Source: Macrostomum lignano (Eukaryota). Taken from it: a stretch of DNA of 64,000 nucleotides. The notes under the pieces are model-generated. The model made no database searches, was not told the DNA's origin, and saw only the letters and a list, made by a program, of their open reading frames with translations. Position 1 is the first letter of the stretch, and every line of letters starts with the position of its first letter. The DNA lies in the NCBI GenBank assembly GCA_002269645.1, contig NIVC01000114.1, positions 744,001 through 808,000 on the forward strand, in the 5' to 3' direction. Positions 11,790-41,300 of the stretch are shown piece after piece. Position numbers and translations under genes: made by a program.

Positions 11790-12660
11790 TCAGCGTCACC
11801 GTTCTTCTTCGGCCATAGCGCTTCTGTTCTGGTGGCTGATGCTAGGAGGGCCAGTGCTAACGGGACTTGGTCGCCGCGGCGGTGACTCCCAAGACAGTGG
11901 CCCAGCACCATCAGGCGGCGCCGGCGCAGTGTGACGCTCACGTCTGGAACGCCGGCGTAGTGCGTTGTCCGCTAGCAACCAGGAGGCGTTTTGTCCCTGG
12001 GTCATCAGAAATTCGGCATCTCTGGTGGAAGTGGTCGCTTTGCTGGAAGGTCGAAGCTACCCGGACGCGCAGCTGACGACCAGAGACCGGTTCAGCAGGC
12101 GTCGCACCACGCGAGTTGGATGAATTTCGATGGTGGAGAAGGACTTTCTGCAGAAAAGCGGTGAAATCGGAGTGGGTTAGTCGCGGGGTTCAAGCTTGCA
12201 AAGCCTTTTTACAGTCTGAACGGCTCTTTCAGCTGTGCCATTCGACTGCGGCGAGTAAGGGGCTGTTTCCATTTTTGCGCTCCAATAGTCCGACGCCCGG
12301 ATAGCAGGGTTTCAGATGTGAACTCTTGACCCCATTGTTAGAAACGACGAGCTCTGGTACACCAAACCGAGTGAAAACTGTTCTCAAGATTTCACTAAAT
12401 TGGCTGCGGACCTGTCCGGTGAAGGAAACGCTTCGATCCAACCCGAGAATGCGTCAACCACAATTAGTAGATTTATTGCTTCTTGTACGAATACCCAGTC
12501 AATGTGGACCCTCTGCAATGGTCTTTTGTTGCGGGTGGCCAGTGATTCCTCATTTTCAATAGGTCACGTGGCTGCAGGCAGTCGATTGCAGACGGAACAC
12601 TGGTGCACAAACTGCTCGACGTCCCTCTGTAGGCCGGCGTTACTGGACGGCAGCCTCTCG
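11790..12660 (-). mobile_element. Gypsy/Ty3 integrase remnant
   Basis: LRTVFTRFGVPELVVSNNG (rve core motif, cf. LRxIFARFGLPExIVSDNG) and DVEQFVHQCSVC zinc-binding remnant; fragmented frames. Confidence 0.7.
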
Positions 12661-12679
12661 GGGTTGTACATGCCCGGGG

Positions 12680-12960
12680 CGTAGCGCAGCAGGGACATGT
12701 AGCCCGCGCGTCCAGGGCTCGCTCTCGCGTGTCGGTCATCGGCACCGCTTTCATGCCATACAAGAGGATTGGCTCCAAGGCCGCGCTGAAGAGGCGCACC
12801 TTCAGGGCCGTTCCTCGCAGCTGAATTTACGAGCTAAAAACGTTCCTGAGCAGGTGCGCCGCTTGCCAGACCTGATTGCTCCTGTCAAAGACGATGGAGT
12901 CCGGGCTCGCTGCTAGCAAATCGAGGTAACCGGATGTCCTCGAACACGGCGTTGGTGCGT
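12680..12960 (-). mobile_element. RTE-like LINE reverse transcriptase C-terminal remnant
   Basis: QVWQAAHLLRNVF...LKVRLFSAALEPILLYG, typical of the post-RT region of non-LTR elements. Confidence 0.65.
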
Positions 12961-14324
12961 CCGCTGAGTCGTTAAAATAATTTTTGTTATTTAATTGAGT
13001 TGCCACAAAGCTAAATAATGATTAACATATTTTCATTGGTTTTAAATATTTTCAGGCTCTTCCAAGCTGTTAAGAGCGTCATAACCACCAGGTTGTTGTG
13101 CCAGCAACAATTCTCTGCACCGTCCTGCTCCATCTGGCTGGTGCTTCAACTAGATGGTCACGTGATCTGGGCGGTGCGTCGTAGGACGGTTTTTTCCAAC
13201 CTTTCAAGGACGTCCTGTCAAGACTAACAAGATACATGCAATAACAGTAATATTTATGATGCGCAGAGCTATGGGCTGCCCAATGTGGCGAGCATCTTGC
13301 GATTTTTGAATGACGATATTCATCTATTCTCTTTCATCTATTTAAAAGGAAGCTAAAATCTTTGTTTTGCTCAGATTAATAAAATATCACTAAAACCAAT
13401 GCCCGTATAACACTTCGTTCGTACTTTGAAAAGCCAAGACAAAAGAATCGTTAGTACGAGCGTAATATATGTAATAATGTGTAACAGCGATTGTATTTTT
13501 TCAGATCGAAAAAATTCACTTCATCTAAAAAGAAACAGGTAAACTGAAGGAATGCAATTTTTAAAAAGTTAAAAAACGGTCAAAGCTTAAAACTAAAAAA
13601 AAATTGAAAAGGGCACACACCGTAGCTTAATAACATTTCATGGTCTGGAACAGCTGTATATAAAATTAGATAAAAATAGCAATGACCACAGTGATTGCAG
13701 CCCCTTGCTGTTGAAAGTATGTTGAACCTCTACTTGTAAAAAAAGAAGAACGGTACTTCAGTTGAAAAAAAACACAGATTGGAATGTTCTGTACAATGTC
13801 TGTTATGACGAATTCGGTTAAAATTTCTAAACAAAAGAAGAAAAATATACATCTGATTTCATAAGAAAGGCACCTTATGCATTTTTTTTTAAAATATCAA
13901 GATGAACCAAACTCAATTTGCAGCCTGGAAATGAAAATCGACAATTTCGTTCTGGGCGTTTTCTTAGTAAATATTTCACCGGCGGATAGAGTGGCAATCA
14001 TAATACCGGTATTTTATTGTCTGCGAAGGCTTAATAAAATGATATGATGATGATTATGGGTATTAGCTGCATATATATATGTAATTTACAGCGTATCTAT
14101 ACGCACATAAGAATTTGAGTTTACCGATGTGATAAAAACCAAGACACTGTACGTACGTGCCAATAGAAAAAATACTGGATTTACAAAAAACAATAGCCTC
14201 TTTGTTGTAATACCTTCACTGGAGTAACAATATTGTCCTAAATATTTGAACAAAAAAGTTTATAAACAGACACAATAGTTAAATATCAAGAGGCCTGTTA
14301 CCATGTGTGCACAAGTATAACAGC

Positions 14325-30023
<15,699 letters not shown>

Positions 30024-30537
30024 TCCGGACGAGCTCAGAGCTGAGGCTTATCTAGTTTGAAACTTGCACAACTTTGAGCAGCTGAAAATCAAATTGAAGC
30101 AAATTTGAATCAATTGAAATAGAAGAAATTAGCATAGCTGTGCTGAATATGCTACTTATGAGATAATGAGTATTGAAATAAGAATCAGATTTGCCATACT
30201 AGTTAATAAAAAATAAAAGTAATTAAAATCAGTCGCAGGTATATTTTCATTTCAAGCAGCTGACTGGGGCTCAAGCAAAATACAACTTTTTCGACGCTAA
30301 AAACATCAAATTATTTTTATAACTACTCAAAAAAATGCACATTGAAAAAGCTTTGCATTTTGTTAGTTCAGATCAGATGTTCTAAGCTGAACTTTTCTAA
30401 TTTAAGGGTCGAAAATCTTTTAAAACAATTTTGAACTTAGGCTACTAGTTACAGAGCTTGTGAGTAGTCAGGTAAGGCTTTTACAAGTATAAAGTTTTTT
30501 AGTTAAGAAAAAGTCTGGATTATATGTTTTTTAGAAA

Positions 30538-33500
30538 CTAAAAATATTCCAATTCTGAGTTTGGTCTCCTAGACTTGCAGCAGCACGGCAGTTGACCCTG
30601 AAAATGCAGAAAAAAAGCTAAAACGTTAGTTTAGTAGAGCTTTATTGATTTTAACAAGCAAAATCTAATGCTTAATGATACAGTGAGCACTTCGTTTTAG
30701 GTTTCCGAATGTCTAAAAGTTCAAGCATTTACTTTATTACACCTACACTTTACACGACCTAAACTTCATATCACCTGAACATAATAACACCTGAACTTCA
30801 TAACATCTGAACTTCATAACACGCGAACTTCATAACACGTGAACTTCATAACACGTGAACTTCATAACACGTAAGCTTCATAACACGTGAACTTCATAAC
30901 ACGTAAGCTTCATAACACGTGAACTTCATAACACGTGAACTTCATAACAACTGAACTTCATAACACCTGAACTTCATAATTCACCTGAAATTCATAACAC
31001 GTGAACTTCATAACACCTAAATTTCATAACACCTAAAAATGAACTAAATTTTATAACACCTACGTTGCAAAAACACTTAAACGTCATAACACCTAAACTT
31101 CATAACAACTAAACTTTATAACACATTAAACTTCATGACAGCTAAACATCAAAGCACCTAAATTTCACAATGCCTAAACTTCACCAGTCAGTGCTGAGAC
31201 TTGTAAATAAAAATGACTAACTTCCTTTAACGACAAAAGCATTCGCGTTAAATTAACACAAGTCTTTTAAACATTGAAAAATTTAGGCTTTGTGAAAGCA
31301 CTCAGAAAAATAGGCATCAATGCGCATTCTTCTCACAGTTCGATAGACCGCAGTGAAGACGGCAGGCGCCACAACCGACAGCACCAATATGAGCAGTGCT
31401 CCAAGAGCGACACCAAGCACAATGGTGACAGCGCTAGAGATGCCTGTGTCAGAGTCTGGCGGTTTGATCTCGGGGTACCGGCGAATGTCTGACACAAGTG
31501 CAGTTGATTTGTGAAATTGAGAACTCATCGTAGCTGTTTATTTTATTATTTTGTAAGTACATGCATGAATAACATGTCCAATCAGTGACTTGTACGGTGA
31601 TAAACACATAAATTACTTTTTTTGAAGTTCTTTGACAACCTGACATAACAATATGATACCCTGACACTTAGAGGGCGTCCAATATGACACTCTGACATCA
31701 TGTTCAACCCTTTGTTAAACATTTCAACACCTCTATATCTAATTAGACACTCCGATACCCAATGAGACACTCCAATACCCAAATAGACACTCCGATACCC
31801 AATTAGACACTCCGATACCCAGTTAGACACTCCAATACCCGATTAGACACCCTGATACCCAATTAGACACCTCGATACCCAATTAGACATCCCGATACCC
31901 AGTTAGACACCCCGATACCCAGTTAGACACTCCAATACCCAATTAGACACCCTGATACCCAATTAGACACCCCGATACCCAATTAGACACCCCTAAACAG
32001 AATTAGACACCCCGATACCCAGTTAGACACTCCAATACCCAATTAGACACCCCAATACCCAATTAGACACCCCGATACCCAGTTAGACACACCCTGATAC
32101 CCAATTAGACACCCCGATACCCAATTAGACACCCCTATACAGAATTAGACACCCCGATACCCAGTTAGACACTCCAATACCCAATTAGACACCCCAATAC
32201 CCAATTAGACACCCCGATACCCAGTTAGACACTCCAATACCCAGTTACACACTCCAATACCCAACTAGCCACCCCGATACCCAATTAGACACCCCAGTAC
32301 CTAATAAGACGCTCTGACACCTCTGACACCCAAGCTGACACCTTTCTCTATTTAAAAGGTGATTTCTTTCTTTCGCTATTTAAAAGCCTGTCACTGAGTG
32401 ACACTGGATGGAATCTCGACAGCTGATATCAAACCCTGCCGCCCAAGTTGGCACAATGCATTCACTATAGGGATATCATATATTTTTGGTTACCCCTCTC
32501 AGAAAATACAGAATAAACTACGCTATTATATATCGAATTTTTGCACTGTGGCAGTTTACCAGTCTTAAATTTATTTCTGAACATTGATAGAAATTCAAAA
32601 CATAGGTTTGCCAAAAATGGACAGGGGAACATCCTGCTCCCCATGGTGTAGTGAACATTAGCAATGTTATCTGACGGTCAATCTAACCTAAAAATGATAG
32701 CTACATATTATTCCCACTTATCATTCCTACATATCACTCTAGCCCTTGAAGCCCCTGATGCTGGCGCCCCTGGTGCTGGCGCCTCTGGTGCTAAAGCCCC
32801 TGGTGCTAAAGCCCCTGGTGCTGGCGCCCATGGTGCTAAAGCCCCTGGTGCTGGCGCCCATGGTGCTAAAGCCCCTGGTGCTAAAGCCCCTGGTGCTAAA
32901 GCCCCTGGTGCTGGCGCCCCTGGTGCTAAAGCCCCTGGTGCTAAAGCCCCTGGTGCTAAAGCCCCTGGTGCTAAAGCCCCTGGTGCTAAAGCCCCTGGTG
33001 CTAAAGCCCCTGGTGTTAAAGCCCCTGGTGCTAAAGCCCCTGGTGCTAAAGCCCCTGGTGCTAAAGCCCATGGTGCTAAAGCCCCTGGTGCTAAAGCCCC
33101 TGGTGCTAAAGCCCCTGGTGCTAAAGCCCCTGGTGCTAAAGCCCCTGGTGATGAAACCCTAATGAAAGATCCTGGTAAAGTCCCTGTCCCTGGTAGAATG
33201 AAGAAAAGACTGAGTGATCCAAGGCCATTTAAGTGCTACAGACAAGCAGAACAAAATTTTCCTAACCATCCGAGCAAGCCTTGTCACCAGTCGGACACCA
33301 GCAGACAAATCCGGAAGCCACAGAATAACTGAAAGTCTCATTGAAAGGCCACGGCAGATCGGACCTGCCGTACAGAGTCCGGTTGCTCCGCTCCAGACAG
33401 AGCGCTCCTTGGCCTCCCTTGGTGCAAGGATTTGGCGAGCAGTCGGCAACATCCAGTTCGCAGCGTTGGCCTAAAAATTGTCGATGGGCGAATTAGTTGA

Positions 33501-34262
33501 TTCTTACATGTATGAATTGAAATTACATTATTCGAAGCAATAACGAATATATGGTTACCATAGTAACCAGCATGACAGTTGCATTTGGTTGCGGCAGAGG
33601 TGGGACACTGGCCACCGTTTTCACACTTGCAACCTGTGAAAAAGTGTGTGTTTTTTAAATAACGTGAATAAAAATTTAGTTTTTGTTGAAGGTTCTATTT
33701 GTGTACCACTTAGATAGCTCGTAAAAGGAGAAAATTAATATAAAAAAATTGTTATAGACTCTTATTACACCTGTCCTAATGGGCAGATGTGCAACCGACA
33801 GCTCAGCCGCAGCTATTGCGCGGTGCATCTGAAGGCTGCTAACGGCTGTTCAGTCCAAGGACTGGGTGATCGCCACACACCCTTAATTACCCCAGCTAAT
33901 GCTGGCACCCATTTTACAGCTGGGTGAACTGAAGAAATGCAGAGTTAAGTGTCTTGCTCAAGGACACAAGATGTTCCTAGTAGGTCGAGAATCGAACCCC
34001 AGACCTCGCAAGTCGTGAGTCTGACTCTCTAACTACTAGTCTAAAAGCCTTATTTACCTCCTAAAAGTACCCCTTGAAAAATTCTACAAATTACCTTAGT
34101 ATAAATATCCAATAACCAAAAAATACGTAAAATCTGAATAAAGTAAAATAGTTTTCTTTTGTACGCATTAAAACAAAGCTTAAGACGCTTACCTCCAGTC
34201 GTCTTTGCAGCGGAAGAACCCAACGCAAGCAACGCAGTTGATAAAACCACCAGGTACCACAT
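30538..34262 (-). CDS. Mini Crumbs-related membrane protein F (signal peptide, EGF, Crumbs-signature EGF, stalk, TM, short CCC tail), about 186 aa
   Basis: Exons 34193-34262 (MWYLVVLSTALLALGSSAAKTTG), 33559-33633 (GCKCENGGQC..CNCHAGYY), 33267-33470 (CLERSNRTLYG..FSYSVASGFVCWC), 31337-31488 (TM) and 30538-30597 (GQLPCCCKSRRPNSELEYF*); 561 nt in frame. The TM exon could alternatively read through to a stop at 31283. Confidence 0.8.
30770..31190. repeat. 16-bp minisatellite (ttcataacacgtgaac)
   Basis: About 25 units; degenerate counterpart at 10150-10210. Confidence 0.9.
31725..32330. repeat. 20-bp minisatellite (tagacactccgatacccaat)
   Basis: About 30 units in intron 3 of gene F. Confidence 0.9.
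32739..33150. repeat. 15-bp minisatellite (ggtgctaaagcccct / ggtgctggcgcccct)
   Basis: About 27 units; same family, opposite orientation, at 37790-38575. Confidence 0.92.
33765..34050 (-). mobile_element. tRNA-derived SINE with a CORE-like central domain
   Basis: A-box-like tagactagtagttag and B box ggttcgattc, then tgtgtccttgagcaagacacttaac...cagctgtaaaatggg, resembling the CORE (MIR-type) domain. Confidence 0.65.
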
Positions 34263-35348
34263 GCTGTTTAAATACAAAAATGGGTCTCTTTAACTTTATA
34301 TGACCCTTTTCATTGGCTTGACGGCTTGTCTCTGCTCACATCATATCAGGAATAATTAGGAAATTCGCCTTAGAGCACTAAACTTCTGATAAAGACTTTC
34401 ATGATAAAATTAATGAGGCTAATCTGATAAGTAGTATTAGAAGCGCAACACTAATAATTCTAATCTAAAAAATAAGATCTAGTATAAGTATAACAACAAT
34501 TTAACAAATAGCACTCAAAAAATAACAAGGCTTAAAATACAAGGTATTCAAAGTATTCCAACGAAAATTTAAATATTTCATTAAAAATATGCAATATACA
34601 AATAATGTTAGGTATCTAAAGAATACACATTTATATGAAAAGCAGAAGGGTTTAAATCCGCTTCAAAACAAGTAATTTTTTGTTTCAGCACAAACAATTC
34701 TTCGATATGTACTTGTATGCGTCACGTGACTAAGTGACACTATGACTACGTTCGGTTGAAGAAGATAAAATAGATAAAATATCACAGATAAACAAGTAAG
34801 TAAATTTACCTAAAATCGCATTGATTTCGTTCATCTATTGTATAATATTTCTCGTTGTTCAAAAAGTTCTGTGTATTGAAGCATAGCTTGGCATAGCTAC
34901 TCAAGTCATTTTCTGTCTGTGCAATAAAGACTTTCCAACAACACCCATGGCTGACTTCAAATTGCACCACAAGGCAATTTTTCAAGACACAAACATCAAG
35001 TCATGGGTTCGGGAATTCTTCCGCATCGGGGACCATATTCCTGGACTTCGGGCCATGCAGGGGTCCATGCAAGGCCAGCGCTTCGGCATCGGGGAGGAGG
35101 TGAACTGGGTAGAAGTGCGTGGAGGGCTGGGGGTGCATAGCTACTAAATATGCAAAATAATAAGTTTGTGAAGTTTTGTGTTTTTTGCTGTTTATCGTTT
35201 TAAACTACTGAACTTGTTAAAGGAGATTGTTCTGATAGCCAAGTCAGGGTAATTCTGTACATTATGTCTCGACTCTCGAATCTCGATTAAAAATGCACAG
35301 TCAACTTTCGCATAATCGTACATGTATTATCACGTCTAGAAGTCTTTG

Positions 35349-38300
35349 TTAAAATTTTTCAAGTTTAGCGAAACTGTTGACATCAATCTTGGTAGGCAAT
35401 GCAGCGTTGGCTTGTTGCTGCTGTCCCAGCGGCTGCTGCTGTTGGACTGGCACTGAGCTGTCATTCTCAATGGTGTCATATACAGTCTCTGACTCTTCAC
35501 TTGTGTCAGGCGACTGGAATTCAAAGAATTGTGAAAACGCCTTACTATTAAAATTGATAAATACACTTTTCTGTAGAATAAACGTGCAATAAACTGATTA
35601 TATAAATATATAATAGTAAGTTCATAACTTAAATACTTACAGTAGTCTGCAGTGGTTTTTTGTTTCGAATTGGCAAAGCCGGCGGTTGTTGTTGCTGCTT
35701 TTTCTTCGACCCCGGCTTTGGCGGCTTTGCTGGCGCCTTTTTCTGAGAATTGCGTAATAGAAAGTCGGTACGCAATCAGCTTAGGCCATCTTCAGATCCA
35801 CGAAATACTTGAAGACACAAACTGAGACACTCACACAGACACAGACTGGGACACACACTCAGACACAAACTGGGACACCCACTCAGACACAAACTGAGAC
35901 ACTCACACAGACAAAAACAAACTGAGACACTCACACAGACACAAACTGAGACACTCACACAGACACAAACTGAGACACACTCACACAGACACAAACTGAG
36001 ACACACTCACACGGACAGAAACTGAGACACTCACACAGACACAAACTGAGACACTCACACAGACACAAACTGAGACACTCACACAGACACAAACTGAGAC
36101 ACTCACACAGACACAAACTGATCAGACACTCACACAGACACAAACTGAGACACTCACACAGACACGACTGAGACACTCACAGTCGCAATCTCTAACACTC
36201 AGAATACAGTGTTCAGCTTACATTGGACTCAGCTCGTCTGAGATTCATTTGATCAATATTAGACGGCCCCGCACCGGATGCCAGACACGGTAACGAACCC
36301 GCGGCACCAGCTGTGTTCTCCAGAACTGCTTTGGTCTTCACTTCAGAGGTAGAATTCGTTTTTTCTAATTTTTCAGTTCTTCCATTTTCAGGCCCATGCA
36401 AAGGGACATCAGCCACCATATAAACTTCGTTTGTATCGTCAGGTTCTGCGTCCTCTTGAACGGCTTCAAGTGCGATGGATCTCTGCTGCTTTAAAAAAAA
36501 GAATTTCTATTTTGCGATGGAATCTTCAAGCATAATTACTTAATAGCAGACACTTTCACTAACTAACCTGAACTGCAAAGGGTTCTATTTGTTCAGGTGT
36601 AGCCTGTTGGGTATTTGCATTTGGTGCTTCGTAGGTTTCATCGTGATCGGCCTGCATGATCACAAAGTTAAGATTGAGACAGAGTTGAAAATGCATAAAT
36701 ACGATTGCAAGCGACCCCAGAAATAACGTTCATACATACCGAATTTCCAACATCAGCAGCAGCTACGTCCGGAGCGACGTAGATCGACTGGAAAAAGTTC
36801 AAATACGAATTTCGACCTTTATCACGTGATTTTAACAAAAAATTAATGGATTATTTCTTCTCAAACAAGAGAGTTACAGTCTAGACTTCTACTAATAGCT
36901 ACTACAAAATGCTTTTTAAAACGAAGCGAATTCACTATGCTAAGTTATAACCCCGCCATACTATCAACCAACGAATGCTGATTTCAAATAATTAAGCCAG
37001 CAACGATCCAATCGCTGAATTGAATTTTGTTTTGCATAAAAACAAAAAAACTCTCCTAGGTGAATATCGATACTTCAATACTTTTTTGATAAAGAAATTA
37101 AAGAAAACTACATTTCTATTTGGGATTCAGAGGACATTTGTTGATTTGTTTAAATTCAAAAAATTATAGCTGTTTTTAGGAGCTTATATATCGAACGAAT
37201 TAAGAGGTTATAACCACAGACACTAAATACCCATAAAATTAAAAGGTATTTAGTACCTGTGGTTACAACTCTACAAGGAAGCTTTTCAAGCTAAACTGTT
37301 TGGCCAATATATACCTGGCTTGGTTTGAGTACCTGGTCCGGCACAATGTTGAGTTAACTACACGCATGGCAGTTGGCATCAATGTTATCAGGTACGAGTA
37401 TGTTCCTAACATTAATAATCATACAAAGTAGGTCTGTCCGTTGTAAATACCTAACTACTTTGTTAAAAAAACTAACTACAAGTAACAAAAAACTGCTTAC
37501 AGACTCTCGAGTTTCCTCAGACGCATTGACATTCTGACTTGACCCCGTATACCGAGGGTTCTGAGTCATGTCCACATAAGTGCACCGACTGTCAGTAGAG
37601 ACTGCATTACCGTTGCGGTGGCCGGATGCGCCTGTGACGGAAGAACTTCCAGTCGGCTTGGGCTGATTATTCCGGTCTCCAGCCGCATTTTGATCTTGTA
37701 AAGCCTACATAAAAATGCGGTGAAAATACGATATCGAAAATTCTAAGCAATATAAAATAAAACGGCTTAAAATTGCAATAGGTTTGTGGAGCTTTAGCAC
37801 CAGGGGCTTTAGCACCAGGGGCTTTAGCACCAGGGGCTTTAGCACCAGGGGCTTTAGCACCAGGGGCTTTAGCACCAGGGGCTTTAGCACCAGGGGCTTT
37901 AGCACCAGGGGCTTTAGCACCAGGGGCTTTAGCACCAGGGGCTTTAGCACCAGGGGCGCCAGCACCAGGGGCTTTAGCACCAGGGGCTTTAGCACCAGGG
38001 GCTTTAGCACCAGGGGCGCCAGCACCAGGGGCTTTAGCACCAGGGGCGCCAGCACCAGGGGCGCCAGCACCAGGGGGCGCCAGCACCAGGGGCGCCAGCA
38101 CCAGGGGCGCCAGCACCAGGGGCGCCAGCACCAGGGGGCGCCAGCACCAGGGGCGCCAGCACCAGGGGCGCCAGCACCAGGAGCGCCAGCACCAGCGCCA
38201 GCATACAATATCGCACCAGGGGCGCCAGCACCAGGGGCGCCAGCACCAGGGGCGCCAGCACCAGGGGCGCCAGCACCAGGGGCGCCAGCACCAGGGGCTT

Positions 38301-41300
38301 TAGCACCAGGGGCTTTAGCACCAGGGGCGCCAGCACCAGGGGCGCCAGCACCAGGGGCGCCAGCACCAGGGGCGCCAGCACCAGGGGCGCCAGCACCAGG
38401 GGCGCCAGCACCAGGGGCGCCAGCACCAGGGGCGCCAGCACCAGGGGCGCCAGCACCAGGGGCGCCAGCACCAGGGGCGCCAGCACCAGGGGCGCCAGCA
38501 CCAGGGGCGCCAGCACCAGGGGCGCCAGCACCAGGGGCGCCAGCACCAGGGGCGCCAGCACCAGGGGCGCCAGCACGGCCAATTTCGGTGCCGAAGCCTC
38601 AAATAAATATATCCGAGTATGGAATCGAACTAGGGATTGTGGGTGGCCGGCTTCACTGCTCATTCAAAACGGTGCTCACCTCATCAATGTAGTCAGCATC
38701 ACGTCGGCTAAAACAACCAAGAGAAATCATTTTCTAAAATTAAGAAATTAGAAATGTCAATATTGGAATTCATATGAACACTTTCAGAACATAAAATATG
38801 ATTGTTGGTCAGTGTTTAGAATTTATACTCACGTGTTTGTAAGCACCGAGCACTGCAAGAATGATTATGACGGCTAGCAGTGCACAGGCAGCAAATCCAG
38901 CCGCTGCTCCAATGCCAATTCCCATGTGTCTCTCTTTTAGCAGTTCTACAATCAATGATAAGTGCATGTAAGTTGATTGGTTATTGATGGTTTAGGATGG
39001 CGTAGCCCTGAAGTGAGGCGCTTGAAAAACTAGCTAATTGTCTCAAAGGTGATTTAATAAATGAGCTGGTTACAAGCTTTACTAATGTCTTTATTTAGCT
39101 ATATATTATTTTTACTGATTTCTCAGGCAATATAAATAAAATGAGCAATTGCTCAAACTCAACGAAACTATCAATTCAATAAGAATATAGTAAGACTGCT
39201 TGCATCTTGGCGAATGAGCTCTGTGATTGATTATAAAGACTCGCATCAGTATAGAATAAACTCTGGTCATAGACAATTTTTTTAAAGCATTTGCTCGTAT
39301 TTTCTTGAGCAAAGCAAAGCAAAGGAATTTTTAAACCATTTTATGTCTATGGTTTTATGCGACTGAACAACTGATCGGTTGGTTGAGAGTTCGCTCCAAG
39401 TTTGAGATAAATATTTATTGAAAAGATATTTGAGCGGTTGCTCAAACTCAGAGCTATTTCTTAGTTTGTAAGCGATTAGAAGCGAAGTAGAATTAGACTA
39501 AACCTTTGGGGATCCTACCTAAAGCATAATTACTGGTTAAGCCTGCTACAATCAGTTTTTACCTGAGACAGGGACGCCTAGACTAGAGAGGGTGAGGTCT
39601 AAACAAGAGAGAGAAGGGAGTGGTATAAGGAAACGATGGGCTGAGGGCCGCCTTCTGGACCTGTCTATGGCTAAGAGGTGAAAAAAACGTTCTTCATATT
39701 TACCTTGAGCAACTGGACGAACTCAGACCTCGTGATTTATTGCTCAATATGAGTCTTGGCTTTTTACGCTAAGCAAAGACAATCTTTAGTCATTTTATTC
39801 ATTTAGCGACAAAACATTTAATAACTTATTGCGCAAGTACATTATGCTCATAGCCTTACATTTGTTTTAAAACAGTATTTTCTGACCATGTAAAAATCAA
39901 GAACTTCATCATAAAAATACTCCTATCTTTTAGCATAGGCATTTCAATGTTAGCCTGTTATAAAAAAGTATCGAGTAGCTTATATTCTCATATGCTCACA
40001 GGGGTGTGTAGCGGCCCTGATTTTCTAATTGTCAGGCATTCACAGTCTGCCCCTTGGTGGCAGTGGTGGATTTCAGGGGGGGGGGGAGGCGCCGCCCCAT
40101 TATGGCTGGCAATGATGGGGTCCCATTTCCTTTGAACTATAAAAGGTCCTCATTGCTCCACGTTTTCTCAGTATGGCGCCACTCTAGTGTATAGTATGGC
40201 GCCACTCTATTGTATATTATGGCGCCACTCTAGTGTATATTATGGCGCCACTCTAGTGTATATTATGGCGCCCCCACTCTAGTGTATATTATGGCGCCCC
40301 CACTCTAGTGTATATTATGGCGCCCCTCTAGTGTGTATTATGGCGCCACTCTAGTGTATATTATGGCGCCACTCTAGTGTATATTATGGCGCCACTCTAG
40401 TGTATATTATGGCGCCACTCTAGTGTATATTATGGCGCCACTCTAGTGTATAGTATGGCGCCCCTCTAGTGTATATTATGGCGCCACTCTAGTGTATATT
40501 ATGGCGCCACTCTAGTGTATATTATGGCGCCACTCTAGTGTATATTATGGCGCCACTCTAGTGTATATTATGGCGCCACTCTAGTGTATAATATGGCGCC
40601 CCTCTAGTGTATATTATGGCGCCCCTCTAGTGTATATTATGGCGCCACTCTAGTGTATATTATGGCGCCACTCTAGTGTATATTATGGCGCCACTCTAGT
40701 GTATATTATGGCGCCACTCTAGTGTACATTATGGCGCCACTCTAGTGTATAGTATGGCGCCACTCTAGTGTATATTATGGCGCCACTCTAGTGTATAGTA
40801 TGGCGCCACTCTAGTGTATAGTATGGCGCCACTCTACTGTTTACTATGGTGCCCCTCTTGTGTATATTATGGCGTCTCTCTAGTGTATATTATGGCGCCC
40901 CCCACTCTTTTGGTTAAAATCCGCCTCCCCCAGTTTATATTTCTGAATCCGCCTCTGCTTGGTTTAGCAGCGGTACCCAGCACTCACCGCTGCCGTACCC
41001 CTTGTCGCACACGTATCCAGCCGCCAGGGAGTATCGAAACTGGCCATTGAACGGAGCTGGCAAAGACGGAATGCCGTACAGACTTCGATTGCTTCGCTCG
41101 AGGCAGGCTGAATTCGAGGGGCACGGGTTCGGAATGCAGTCGGGATGATCGATGGAGCAATTTCTGCCGGAGTAGCCTGCCAGGCATTGACAGGTGAAAT
41201 TTCTAAGGCCGTCAACGCAGGTGCCGTTGTTCATGCAGGGATTCGGCAGGCAGTCGTTAATTGGATTGGTGCAGTTGGGGCCAGAGAAGTCCGTTTTGGA

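Noticed and set aside
32664-33332. 222-aa GAKAP-repeat ORF (and GAPAP/GFSTR ORFs at 37667-38692) as collagen-, elastin- or glue-like proteins
   Set aside because: A 15-bp unit stays open in several frames on both strands. The same array occurs in both orientations inside introns of genes F and E, without a signal peptide or credible splice support.
34947-35147. GC-richer island between genes E and F (minus frame MHPQPSTHFYPVHLLPDAEALALHGPLHGPK)
   Set aside because: No recognisable domain and no convincing splice path from gene E; left unassigned.
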